A stretch of DNA of 64,000 nt from Monocercomonoides exilis PA203 (Eukaryota; Protista; Preaxostyla). This document shows positions 35,142 to 46,855 of the stretch, piece by piece. Every line of letters starts with the position of its first letter. Positions within the stretch are counted from its first letter, which is position 1. Below the pieces are notes generated by a model, which worked only from the letters and a program-made list of their open reading frames with translations, did no database searches and was not told where the DNA came from. The stretch is taken from assembly GCA_001643675.2 (NCBI GenBank), contig LSRY02000013.1, positions 992,001-1,056,000 on the forward strand. Reading direction: 5' to 3'. A program made the position numbers and the translations under genes.

Positions 35142-37910
35142 CCGCAGAAAAAAACCTGGGAATATTTCAAAAAACCCGGAGAAGCCTTTTTATAGAATAT
35201 GCATACAAACTTATTCAAAACAATGATTCCTCTGTTATTTCCGCAATTCAAAGCAATATAAAAGCAGGTATGATTCATATGGGTGATTATTTTTGAAATC
35301 ATATTTTTTCATTCAAAAAATTTGGTGGAAAAATATTACTTGAATATCAATAAAAAAAAATTGAAAAGTGAAAAGGCTCATTGAATACATTTTTGTCTTT
35401 GATTCAAAAAAACCATTTGTTTTCAAAAACAATTATCATGCTTTTTCTCTTTTGAATGAAAGTGTTTTTGTGAACAACAAGAAACCTTTGATAAATCAAT
35501 ACCCCGAAAAAATATATGATTTCAAAAATAATCACCCATATATCAATTGAAATCTTATCTATTGTTTCAATATTTATCGAGCTATATGTTTTAATCATTG
35601 AAGGAATTATGAATGCTTTTTGGCTTTGCACAATCGAAAGTTGGAATTTGTTGTTTATTTCTTATATTTCCATGCAACTTGTGTTTGTTCTCAAATGAAA
35701 TTATTTTTATATACAAAACTTTATACCTCAAACATTAATACGAATTAATAAACTTCAATTATTTCTATTTTTTAGACTTTTTTGAAACGAGAATACAATT
35801 GTTATATGAATAACTAATAAAAAAAGATATTCTTCATGATAAATGAACTTTTCAAGGATTTGATTGAGTTGTAATTGTTAGACGTTCAAACCAATGAACA
35901 ATTGTCTGAAGAATGTTCGTTATATCTTCGATATTTTGCTTTGATTATCTGCTTCGTCGTCATAATCGATCCTCATGCATTTTCTTTTCCATTTCATTTT
36001 GTCGCTATTTCTCCTGCAACCGTTTTCTTTTCTTTTCTCCATTTTCTCTTCTTTCTTTTCTTTTCTTTTCAAATCCAATAAATCTTTTCTCGATTGTTTC
36101 TTTTTTTCTTTTCGCAGAACAGAAGCACAGTTGATTTCTTTCATCATTTGAATAGATTCATTTTCACAATATCTTTTTTTTCGTCTTCAATTTTCTTTTT
36201 CTTTGGAGAAAATCTTACAAACAGCTGCTCTTTATTCTCATCGTCATTCAATGATGCTTCCTTTTCAGGCATTTCACTTATTCTTTCAAGAACCGAAGCA
36301 GCTTTGTTTGTCCAAACACACGTCTGCCTGAATGCATGTTTAATATTTGAAGGTGCGACCGCAGCAAAAAGAGCTTCTGGAAGAATATCGAAGATGGAGG
36401 AGCGAAACGCGGCAGAAAAATGATCAGTTGGTTGTTTGAAGCTATTATTATATGTTTTCTTGAACCGTGCAAAAATTGAATTATCGCACGGTTGTAGAAG
36501 ATGGGTTAAATTCGGAGGAAACTTTTTAATGACTATGTTTTTCTTTTTTGCAGCCATTTCAACGACTTCACTGTTGTGAGAAGAATGGTTATCCATCAGG
36601 AACAATGCAAATTTCATTCCTCCATCTTTCATCTTTTTTTCAATATTATTAAGCAAATAATCAAGCATAATTTTTTCGAAGATTTTTGAAGTGATCCATC
36701 CTGAAGATGCGAAGATATAATTGATGTTAAACGATGAAAGCATACGAAATTCCACTGGAATTTTTTTCGCATCCCAAAGAAGAAAAGACGACAAACATGA
36801 GCCATCTGTTCAGGCACATAAACACAATATCGTGTTAGAAGTCTTTTTCGGAGAAGGAGTTGAAAGAGGTTTCTGGTTTTGCATACACATTACCAGTTTG
36901 CGAGAATCCTTACCCGGATGAAGTGAAGTTTCATCAATATTTAAGATACATGATGCGACTATTTCTTTCTTATTCACAATCTGCGAAAGTTCATCAAACC
37001 ACTTTCTTACGGAATCAGAAGATTGGGAAGATATTTTTTCAGCGTCCAATTGCTTTGAAACAGCTGACTTCAATATTGAACTTTTCTGAATAACGTAGCA
37101 TTTCAGCTGTTAAACTTGGTATTTTTTTCACTTCTTCATCTTTTGAGGATTGTTCCATATGCTCCACAATCGAAAAATATTTAAAAAAATCAATTACAAT
37201 AACAAAAAAGAACAAAAACCATTTTGCGCACGTCTTTAACTCTTATTGTTTCACCTTTTGAAAGATGAACAATAACTTGGTTTTCGATTTATTCTATAAA
37301 ATCTTGTGAAATTGTTGGTGATCTTCCGTTCACTTCCGCCTGCCTTTTCTGCTTCTCTGCCGCTATTCCTCTGTACCATGAGCCATTTGATATCGTGCCA
37401 GAATCAACAGCCACTTTTCTTGTTATAATATGATCCTTCCGCAGTTCAAATACCTTTTGAGATATTGTTTTTAACCTTCTTATTTCTGAGGTTTCCAACT
37501 TTTTCCTAAGTTCTGGTAACGACAATTCTTTTGTAATAGCCATTAATATGGGTTTGATTTTTGATCAATTTTAAATGAAAGTGAGTATTAATTATGATTT
37601 TTAGTTAAGGCTTCTAAAAATTGGAAACATCAAAGTGTCGAAAAATTGAGAAAATGAAAAATATGACAATTGGAGAATGCTTAGTTTAATTGCTTTTTGA
37701 GAAATGAATATATTTCAAAATTGAATTTTTTGAACGATGTATATTCAATAACAATGAAATGTGATTTGTTTTTTTTTTTTTTTTATGGATTAATGATAAT
37801 ATGCAACGAGAAATAATGTAATTGTTGAAAATGCTTTTTGGCGTGATAATGGTGAACTGTTTTTCATGAAGTCCGTGTTTTTGAAAAATTCCCGGGTTTT
37901 TTTACAATGG
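35142..37910 (-). mobile_element. pogo/DDE_1-type DNA transposon B with ~40-bp TIRs, transposase frameshifted
   Basis: Transposase at 35920-37543: ILNIDETS, SSGWITSKIF, LFLMDNHSSH, FPPNLTHLLQPCDNSIFARFK. TIRs CCGCAGAAAAAAACCTGGGAATATTTCAAAAAACCCGGA (35142-35180) and the inverse of CCATTGTAAAAAAACCCGGGAATTTTTCAAAAACACGGA (37872-37910), followed by TA. Confidence 0.9.
35281..35537. mobile_element. 257-bp MITE with perfect TIRs and ATAT flanks, nested in transposon B
   Basis: 35277-35304 ATATGGGTGATTATTTTTGAAATCATAT is the exact reverse complement of 35514-35541. Confidence 0.88.
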
Positions 37911-38097
37911 TAATAAAGTTTTTGAATTTGAATAATTGATGGCGTATTCAAAAACATCAGACTATTTGAACATTTTGATTCAAAATGGAAATTTGTTTTA
38001 AAAAATTGTTTCAAAAAAACATTTTGTTATACGAATCGTGTAATGTTTTTTTATTAAAATTTCACGGTCTATTCCCTAAATATTTTGCTTTCATGTG

Positions 38098-38133
<36 letters not shown>

Positions 38134-38566
38134 ATTTAAAGCAAAATTTTATTGAAAAATTATTAAATAACGATAAGAATCAAAATTGTTGCGCTGAACA
38201 AAATCATGAAAGCAATGAATATCATCACATATTGTTCACAGATTTTTTCCACTGTCATTTCAAAAAGCTTAAAAAATGAATTTCTGTTGATAATTCATGT
38301 GTTTCATGTTTATTAATATTCTCATAAATGAGCAACGAAACATCTTAACTTCGTTTTGAAACCTTCCATATTGCACACGTATGCCAAAAGCACAACATTG
38401 TCAATTGCTTCGATAACAAAATAAAAAAGAACTATAAATGCGTTTTCATGAACTATTTTTATATTTTCCATTTCGAGAAAAAAAACTAAAAAATGAATGG
38501 AAGTGAGAATTCGCAGCCACGGGCGCAAGCACCCACAAACTGCTGCCTTCATGTTCTTTTCCTCCT

Positions 38567-39325
38567 TTACTTCGTCAACGAAATGATAGCTTGGATGTAA
38601 TCTCCATCGCTTGCACGAAGTGCCTCGACAGCCTTCGCCTTCGACACATTCGCCTGCTGCATCACAATCTGCAGCTCGTCTTCGTTCAGCCCTGTGACAT
38701 CCACATCTTTGTCGTCTTCTGCCTCTGCTGCTTTCTTGCCCTCTCCTTCCTTTGCTGCCCCAGCTTCAGCGGCTGCACCCACGCCTGCTGCGCCTGCCTC
38801 CTTTGTGATCTTCGAAATTAGATCGTTCATCGCCTCGGGGCTCAGCATCGAAGATGGGATATCGCCCTTGAACTGATCAGCTGCTGCCTGTTGTGCACGT
38901 GATGTCGGATCATCCATGCGCAAAGCGCCAAACACAATGAACGAATCTGACCCGCGCACCTGGAATGTGTCGGGGTTGTCCACGGAGAACAGCACGCTCT
39001 TCTGGCTCTTCACAACCATTTGGCGCACATCTGCAATCTGCTTCAGTCCCAGATTCTTTGCTGCCTTCCTTGCTTTGCGCTCTGCCTTTGTCTGCTTCGA
39101 TTCGTCTCCATGCTCGTGAGCGTGGTCGTGAGCGTGGTCGTGTGCATGATCGTGACCTTCGTGTCCGTGGGCAGCTGCTGCTTCCTTCTTCTCTCCGTCC
39201 TTCTTTTCCTCCGTAACGGGCTCAAGCTCGGGGATTTCGCTGTCGTCCACTGTCTTTTGGATCTCTTCCGCTTTAACCTCTGCTTTGCTCATCTTTGTTC
39301 TTCTTTTCTGGGTATTGGGAATCAT
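38567..39325 (-). CDS. NACA: Nascent polypeptide-associated complex subunit alpha
   Basis: SEIPELE; KQTKAERKARKAAKNLGLKQI..V; LFSVDNPDTF...SDSFIVFG (NAC domain); C-terminal UBA-like DVTGLNEDELQIVMQQANVSKAKAVEALRASDGD...AIISLT. The true start may be the second ATG at 39292. Confidence 0.96.
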   Translation of the reverse strand: MIPNTQKRRTKMSKAEVKAEEIQKTVDDSEIPELEPVTEEKKDGEKKEAAAAHGHEGHDHAHDHAHDHAHEHGDESKQTKAERKARKAAKNLGLKQIADVRQMVVKSQKSVLFSVDNPDTFQVRGSDSFIVFGALRMDDPTSRAQQAAADQFKGDIPSSMLSPEAMNDLISKITKEAGAAGVGAAAEAGAAKEGEGKKAAEAEDDKDVDVTGLNEDELQIVMQQANVSKAKAVEALRASDGDYIQAIISLTK

Positions 39326-39363
39326 CGATCATAGATCAAATAGATTTTGCTTTTTTCGATTGA

Positions 39364-42300
39364 ATGGCCTCTCATCAGCATTCTTATCACCCCCCACGAA
39401 GTTCAGAAAGAGGTCATCATCATCATCATCATGGATTTGAAGAAGAAGATTTATTTGACGACGACGATGATGAAAATGATTGTGTAAATGAAGATGATGA
39501 AATGCAAAGAGATGCACTGTCGGAATCACAATATTCTGTTCCTGCTTCTTCTTTTGAACAATCGTCCTCCTTTAACAATCAAGTTACAAAAAGAGATTTG
39601 CTTAAAGGTTTCCATTCAACAATTGATACACTTACTCTGCTGAAAAACTCTGTATCATTGGAATTTTCTTTCTTGCATCAACTTTGCACTAGTGCTGAAC
39701 CAGTGCAGGTTCAAATAATGCAATTTAAATTAAAAAAAGTTAAAAGGCCAAAAAGGCTTCGTCCATTTTGCTCCCAACACTCTTCAACAGGAAAATTTAA
39801 TGTTCCATCCTCTTCGATTTGGATTCAATCATGGGATAAAATGTCAAAGATTATATCAAAAATTCACAATGAAACTATGTTCCAAATAGAGCAACATATT
39901 GCAGAAATGGAGCTCGTTAGTCTTTTTGAGACACACGAAAAAATGCTGCAGCAAGAAATGGAAAGAAAAAATAAATTACAAGCAGAGGGAAGAATAAACG
40001 GAATTAAGAGAAACAAAAAGAAAAAGAAAAAAACAAAAGGAGTGTATCGGGACCTTGATGGCGGAAGAAAAATTCATAATTTATATAAAAAGGAAATTTC
40101 AGTTATAACGGCCCAATCTGATCGAACTCAACAATCTGAAAAGTATTCCTCTCAATTTTCTTCAATGAGCTCTGCGCAATTGCCGCACATCTTGCAGCAG
40201 AATTATTTATTCACTCCGCAGGCTGTAACTCCTCGAAAGGGATCAGGCTTGAGGCAAATAACCACCGCGGACAATTTGGATGCAGCGTCTGCTCCATCGG
40301 CAATGCTTAGTGTGGAAGAGTCGATTGCAACACAATCACTCAAGACGCATTTAGACGTGCACGCGCAGCCCATCCCCAGGGAAGTGCTAGCTGATGCTGC
40401 TAAACTGTCTTCGCCTCAGCAGCCTGGATTGCCAAGCAGCAGCAGCAACAACAATAACAACAACAGCAACAGCAATGCTAACAGTGGAAGCAATAGAAAC
40501 GGAAGTGCGTCCAACCATGGACGCTTGCTTGCTGAAAAGCGAGTGAGATTAGATGGAAGCAGCAAGGAAGCAGATGGAGAGGACGAAGAGGACGAAGAAG
40601 ATGGAGATGGAGAAAGAGACTCCACTCATTCTGAAGACAGCTCACACGACGACGAGAACATGCTTCAGAATTCGTTCAACGAAGGAGGAGATGAAGATGG
40701 TTCAACGCAAAGCCCACTGCAACAAAAGCAGCAGCAGACATCCGATGAGCAGAAGAAAGGGGCGCAGCGGCTGCTTGCAGAGATCTTTGGGGAGGACGAC
40801 GAAGACAGCCAGGACTTCACCATCTACGGCGAGGACGGGAAGGCAGAGACGCAGACGGTGGGGCAGCGGTTCATGATGAAAGTGCAGGAGTATTCGCTCA
40901 ACAGCACAGAGGTGAAGCCGCTGCTGGAGCGTGCACAGAAGCGGAGTGGTGGCAGATTTGGTGCTGCAAGACTGGGGAATCTGACATCTCTGGATGAGAT
41001 AGGAGAAAGTGCAATGGAGGATGAAGAAGAAGGCGAGGAAGAGGAAGAAGAGGAGGAAGAAGAGGAGGAGGAGGAAGAAAAAGAAGAAGAAGAAGAAAAT
41101 GAGGATGAAGATGAAGATGAGGAGGAAGAGGAGGAAGAGGAAGAAGGAGAAAGCGCAGGGAAAGCGAAAGAAGGAGAACAAAAAGGCGAGAAAGTACGTC
41201 TTTCTCCAGAGCAAAAACAACAATCGGGTCATCCGCCAGCAGAAGGTGCTGCAGAAGGAAAATGGAATCCTGTTCCCGAACGAGTGCTCCCGCGCCATTC
41301 GCCAAAGAGCATCGCGACTGTTTCTTCGTTTGCGTCTCGGTCAATCCTCTCCACCGCCTTCAGCCAGCTCACCGCTGCACACTTCCGCCACCAGAGCCAT
41401 CATCAGCAGCCTCCCCCACCGCCCCAGCAGCAGCCCCAGGTGCCCATTGCGTCGTATCTGAATGCGCCTTCTGTGAGGTCTGCGTTCAACATCCCCATTC
41501 AGATGGAGCTGAACAGAGAGAGAGACCGGATGAGCGGGGTGGGTTCGTATTTGTCCTCGTCTACTGCCGCGGGGTATCGCCACCACAGGCAGTTTGACCC
41601 GAGAGAGGAGAGTGTGTTTGAGATGCCGATGACTGGGGAGCAAGGGTACAACTTTGAGGAAGAGGAAGAAGGAGATGATGATGAGGAAGGAGAGGGAGAA
41701 AAGGAAGGAGAAAATGAAGGGAATGAAGAAGATAACTATGACGATAATGAAGGTGATTATGAGAACCAAAGCAACAGTAGCAAAGGCAAAGGCAAAGACA
41801 AACAGGCAGAGCGAGCTGTGAATGAACTGCCGCCGATGCAGGATGACAATCCACCAGATGTCACAATGCGCGTTGTGCACCACCCGAAGCTGCCGTTCTT
41901 TGATGTGCCTGAAATCACCAAGCAGCTCTCCGAAAAGGGAATAAAAGTGGACAAAATTGCGGGAATGACAGACTTGGACCGCTTTCCTTTCTCGCCTCCG
42001 CTGCAGCCTCAGGAGCAGATACAGATACAGATACAGACACAGACACAACCACAGGCACTGAAGAAACAGACACAACAGACACAACAGACACAAAAGCAGT
42101 CAAAGCAATTGCAACAGAAGCAACAACCCAAAAAGCAGATACATCAACAGCAGGCTCAACAAATACAACAACCTCAACAACCTCAACAGCCTCAGCTATG
42201 CTTCCCACTTCAGCCACAGCTCGGACAAATAAGTCAAATGAATCAGCAGCTGCCACCACAAGGCACATCGCTTGTTCAGCCAGAGCTTACCATTCCTTCC

Positions 42301-42990
42301 CTTCCACCTCCACAAATCAACATGCTCCCTTCTTTTTCTCCTTCACTCTCTGCTTCCATTTCTCCTTCTCCTTCTCCTTCTCCTTCACCATCACCTTCTC
42401 TTTCTCCTCCTCCTCCCTCACTTTCGCCTTTCACTTCGTCGGAATCGTTCTTCTCAGCACATCAAGCTCTTCCTCAGTCTCAGCCTCAACCACATCCTGC
42501 ATCACTTCAGACACTTCCAACATTTCAGCCTTTCTCTTCTTCATTACCATCCTCATCCTCCTCCTCATCTTCTCCTTCCTCTCTGTCTTCCTCTTCAACT
42601 TCTGCTGCTGCTGCTTCTTCTTCTTCTCAACCCATCCCACCCGCTTCAACCGATCCTATTTCATTCAACACTTCCTTTGCTGCCCTCTCCAACTCTCCTC
42701 TGATTGATCCTTCTCTTCTTCAGCTCATCTCTGGCCCTTCCAATACAAACACCACGCCTCAATTGTCATACCCCCCGCAAGTTCCGATCCTACTCACACC
42801 ACCATACAACCCTTCCCAGCAGCAGTTTGCGTTCCAGCCAACGCAGATGCAGCAGACCGGGTTGCCAATGCCCCAACAGCAGGTTCAGCAGCAGCCACAA
42901 CTTTTGATTCCACCATTTCCTTATGCATTTCAGAACCAGTCGCAGGTTCCATCTCAGCCATTTCAATCAAATCACATGCAAGGTAGCTAG
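39364..42990 (+). CDS. 1208-aa hypothetical protein: helical N-terminal region plus acidic, Q/P/S-rich low-complexity tail
   Basis: Uninterrupted ATG-TAG ORF with a basic NLS-like KRNKKKKKKTK. No catalytic domain recognised. Confidence 0.8.
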   Translation: MASHQHSYHPPRSSERGHHHHHHGFEEEDLFDDDDDENDCVNEDDEMQRDALSESQYSVPASSFEQSSSFNNQVTKRDLLKGFHSTIDTLTLLKNSVSLEFSFLHQLCTSAEPVQVQIMQFKLKKVKRPKRLRPFCSQHSSTGKFNVPSSSIWIQSWDKMSKIISKIHNETMFQIEQHIAEMELVSLFETHEKMLQQEMERKNKLQAEGRINGIKRNKKKKKKTKGVYRDLDGGRKIHNLYKKEISVITAQSDRTQQSEKYSSQFSSMSSAQLPHILQQNYLFTPQAVTPRKGSGLRQITTADNLDAASAPSAMLSVEESIATQSLKTHLDVHAQPIPREVLADAAKLSSPQQPGLPSSSSNNNNNNSNSNANSGSNRNGSASNHGRLLAEKRVRLDGSSKEADGEDEEDEEDGDGERDSTHSEDSSHDDENMLQNSFNEGGDEDGSTQSPLQQKQQQTSDEQKKGAQRLLAEIFGEDDEDSQDFTIYGEDGKAETQTVGQRFMMKVQEYSLNSTEVKPLLERAQKRSGGRFGAARLGNLTSLDEIGESAMEDEEEGEEEEEEEEEEEEEEEKEEEEENEDEDEDEEEEEEEEEGESAGKAKEGEQKGEKVRLSPEQKQQSGHPPAEGAAEGKWNPVPERVLPRHSPKSIATVSSFASRSILSTAFSQLTAAHFRHQSHHQQPPPPPQQQPQVPIASYLNAPSVRSAFNIPIQMELNRERDRMSGVGSYLSSSTAAGYRHHRQFDPREESVFEMPMTGEQGYNFEEEEEGDDDEEGEGEKEGENEGNEEDNYDDNEGDYENQSNSSKGKGKDKQAERAVNELPPMQDDNPPDVTMRVVHHPKLPFFDVPEITKQLSEKGIKVDKIAGMTDLDRFPFSPPLQPQEQIQIQIQTQTQPQALKKQTQQTQQTQKQSKQLQQKQQPKKQIHQQQAQQIQQPQQPQQPQLCFPLQPQLGQISQMNQQLPPQGTSLVQPELTIPSLPPPQINMLPSFSPSLSASISPSPSPSPSPSPSLSPPPPSLSPFTSSESFFSAHQALPQSQPQPHPASLQTLPTFQPFSSSLPSSSSSSSSPSSLSSSSTSAAAASSSSQPIPPASTDPISFNTSFAALSNSPLIDPSLLQLISGPSNTNTTPQLSYPPQVPILLTPPYNPSQQQFAFQPTQMQQTGLPMPQQQVQQQPQLLIPPFPYAFQNQSQVPSQPFQSNHMQGS

Positions 42991-43117
42991 CCGCAGTAAT
43001 GTTTTTGCTTAAAAATAAGCAAATTGTGAAATGTTTTATGATTTTGAGTTTTTTGAGTTTTTATCTTTTCAGTTCAGTAATTTATTTTTTTAAATCAAAA
43101 TTCCCACTATTTGTAAT

Positions 43118-43846
43118 ATGACGAAACTTGAGACACCTTGGTCTTTCTGGATTGACAGAAGAACCCCTTTTTCTTCACGCGACGCAAAAGTAAACGAATC
43201 TTACGTCACTTCTTTAAAGCTTCTTGGAACATTTTCGACTATTGAAGAATTTTGGGCGTATTTATTTTCAATTATAATTTTGTTTAAAATTTTCTAAACA
43301 CTTCTTTTGTTGATCACATATTAAATTAGATATCAATCATCTCTTGTAACAGTGGATCAATTTCCAAAAGATGTGGACTTCCATTGCTTTAGAACTCCGA
43401 TTAAACCATGCTGGGAAGAACTTCCAGAAGGTGGAAGCTGGAATCTTCGATTTCGGGAAACATCATTTCGAGTTGGACTTTGGGAAGATCTTTTGCTAGC
43501 TGCTATTGGGGAACAATTCCATGAATCAGAAGTTGTTGGCGTTTGTTTGAGCATTCGTCCAAAAGATGATTGCTTATCGGTTTGGTTCCGACATGCAACT
43601 CCTGACGTCAAGCACAAACTTGAGTTTGAAAGCTTTCTTCAATTTTAATATTGCTTATCAATTGTTATTATTTTATTTACGTTTCTTTTTTCAAGGAACT
43701 CATTTCGACAAGTTCTGAATCTTGATCACACTGTTGCTCTCGAATACAAATCTCATCATCAGCTTCTTCACACCGTAAAGGCTGCGCAGTCAAAGCGTGG
43801 AGCAGATAGCAAAGCTAAATCAGAAGCAAAGAAAACTTCTGTTTGA
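43118..43846 (+). CDS. EIF4E: eIF4E-family cap-binding protein, 3 exons (43118-43257, 43330-43623, 43696-43846)
   Basis: Spliced product MTKLETPWSFW...FSTIEEFWAY...FRTPIKPCWEE...GGSW...WEDLLLAAIGEQF...VVGVCLSIR...LSVW...EYKSH. Both GT-AG introns are phase 2 and keep the frame. Confidence 0.95.
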
Positions 43847-44458
43847 GAAATGCACCATTCAATTTGTTTCACGCCAAGCTCCAGATCAACTTTTACACTT
43901 AGTCGCTTATAAATTGACTAATATTTGGGGAAATAACCCCAATTATTGTGCGTCTTCTTCGTAGCACGTATTTTTTTCACCTTCACATATTTATAATTTT
44001 GATTTTCATTCAAAGATAAAAAAAAAAGCAATTACAAATTTTGAATCGATGAAACAGTTTTCTTTAATCCAACTCATAAACACTCAAAGGTAGTATTTAC
44101 ATAGATTTTCAGTTGGAGATGCGACACACTACGTTTCGCCACAACAGAGAGCATTTCTCGAATTTATTTAAAGAATAAATAACAGCTTGAAAAAAAAATA
44201 CATAAAACAACACATAGAATTATAATTGAAAGCGGATCATAAAGCACACAAAATACTCACAATAAACAGAAAAATAAATGCATATTATAAAAAATAATAA
44301 TAAAATAATAAATAAATAAAGTCAAAAAAATTAAGATAACTAAACTTTTTCATTCAACAAATAAAAAAAGATAAAGAAAAATCATATATAAAAAGGAATT
44401 AAATAAAAAATAAACAAAACATTCGTTATTTTATTTTATTTTATTTTATTCGTTTATT

Positions 44459-46814
44459 TTATGTTTCCGAAGAGGTCCTATCCGTGTCACTTTCATCAAT
44501 CACATTCGCAATCTGCCACGACTCCCCGTCAAATGCTGAGTCGCGCAGTGTTATCAGCGACGAATTCCTCTGTGCACTTTCATAGCTGCTAATCTCCCTC
44601 AATCCAGAGAGAGACCCTGCCATCATTCTGTTCCCTCTTTCGCTGCCTTCCTCGTCAAACGAACTGCGAGAAACGCCTCTTCTTCTCTCAGAGCCTTCTC
44701 TGCTTCCTCTTCCTCTCCCTTCTCTTTCTCCTCTTCCTCCTCTTCCTCCTCTTCTCCATCTCCTCTCCCCTGCTCCTTCACTCCTCTCCGCGCTGGTGCC
44801 TCCATCTGACAAATACGCACTTCTGCCCCATCCGCTCTCGTCACTCGCCACCACATCGCTCAGATCGGACTCGAAACTCGGCTCTGAGTCTGTCAGGACG
44901 CCTGGCGTGGGTGTGCGCATGTTCCGCGCAGCAGTCGAGGCAGTGGAGCGGGAAGAAGGCGAAGAAGAGGAAAGAGCAGAGGAAATGGCTGAGGAAAGCG
45001 CAGCGGAACGAGCAGGGTTCATCACACGGCTCGACTCGTTGTTCAGGGAAGAGGAGGAAGAATAGCCTGAGGCAGAAGAGGAAGAGGAAGAAGAAGAAGA
45101 GGAGGAGGAAGAAGAGGAAGGTGAGGAAGAGAAAGAGGAAGATGCAGGAAACAGCGCCTGCGGTGTGTGCGGAGAAGGCACTGCTGATGGATTGGCAGTT
45201 GAAGTTGCCATCACTCCAACAGTCGGGCTCTGCCCAAACCATCCGAACTGGCTCCTCTTCCTCAGCTCGCTCGTCAGCCTCGCCGACTCTTTCGCTGCCT
45301 CTTTCGCCTTCGCCCGCAGCTCCTCCTGCTCCATCTGCTCCATCTCAGTGGAGGAAGGAGCAGACAGCGCAGAATACGAGGACTCAGACAGAGCGGAAGA
45401 GACAAGAGAACCTGAGGCTGAGCCAGAAGCTGAGCCTGAGGTGGAGCCAGTGGCAGAAGCAGAACACGTTTCAGACGCAGAGGAAGTGAGGGACGATAGA
45501 TAAGATGAAGCACCTCCTCCTCTTTCTCCTCTTTCTCTTTCTCCTCCTTCAAAATCTGCTCTTCCATCATCATCGTCGTTATCATTGCTATCATCATCAT
45601 CTTCTTCTTCTTCGTCTTTGTATCTGCCAACATCTCCCAATGATGCAATAGGAACAAGGCGTGCTCTGTCTTCATCGATGTCGCTCTTGTGCACTCTGCC
45701 TGCTGTTCCTGCTCCTGTTGTTGATGTTGATGCTGCTTCTCTTCGCCTTCTTTCTCTTTCTCTCAAATCTTCACTATTGTTTGCAATACCTCCATATTGC
45801 ACATTAACTCCCTTCCCTTTGATTTCTCTATCATTGCTGAATTTATTATTATTACTATTATTATTATTATTATTACCACTTCCAATGTGATTGTGCATGT
45901 GAATGTGATTGTGCTGCATTGAGTATCTGTGCTCATTGCGGTGCTGATGATGTCTGTGTGTTCCTCGCTCTCTTCTTTCTCTGCCTTCTTCGGTGGAATT
46001 ATCATAATGATCATATTCATCTTCGTTCAACCTCTTCTTCGTCTTTTTCTTTTTCTTCTTTTTCTTCTTCGCTGGCGAGCTGAACTGCTGATTGAATGTT
46101 GGGAAATGAGCAGTTGTTTGGAATGGAGAAGAGGAAGATGAAGAGGAGGAGGAAGATGCCATAAATTGCGATGGAGAAGAGGAAAGAGGTATGAACTGCA
46201 CAGCTGGTATGAGTGTTGTCTGTGTCGCTGCAGTGAGCGCAGACAAAGGGAAAGGCGAATAATACACAGTTGCCTGGTGCTTTGGCGGCTGCAGGCTATT
46301 TTGCTGATTGAAAACGGTTTCTTCTGTTTTGTCTGCTCTTTCGGCGTTGTTTGGGAAATGGCTTTGAAGCAGAAGAGACTGCTGCGGAGTGCTGGAAAGA
46401 GAAGAAAGATATTCAGAATGAGAAGAGGAAAGAGGGTTTTGCTTGGAATTCTGTTGATTTTGTGTGTTTTGTTGGCTTTGTTGTTGATTCTGCTGTTGTT
46501 GCTGAGATGAAGAAGAAGAAGAAGATGATGATGACAATGAAGAATTCTTCGAATTCTGCGAATTTTGAGAAATTTGCGAATTTTGCGAGATTTGTGATGT
46601 TGGCGAAGGAGACGATAGAGTGGAAGCAGACAACATTAAAGAGGAAGAGTAAGAAGAAGGCTGAACTGATGAAGATAACAACCTGTTCTGAGCAGAAGGA
46701 GAATGGCTGTGTAGCAATTGGATGGGAAGAGAGGAAGGTGTGCCACATTCACTGCTGATGTCCTTGTTGTTCCTCATTGCTCTGTCACAGACATCGGGTG
46801 GGAGGGAAGTGGAA

Positions 46815-46855
<41 letters not shown>

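Noticed and set aside
38101-38131. A31 run as a retroposon tail
   Set aside because: No recognisable upstream body or TSD, and homopolymers are common in this AT-rich DNA.
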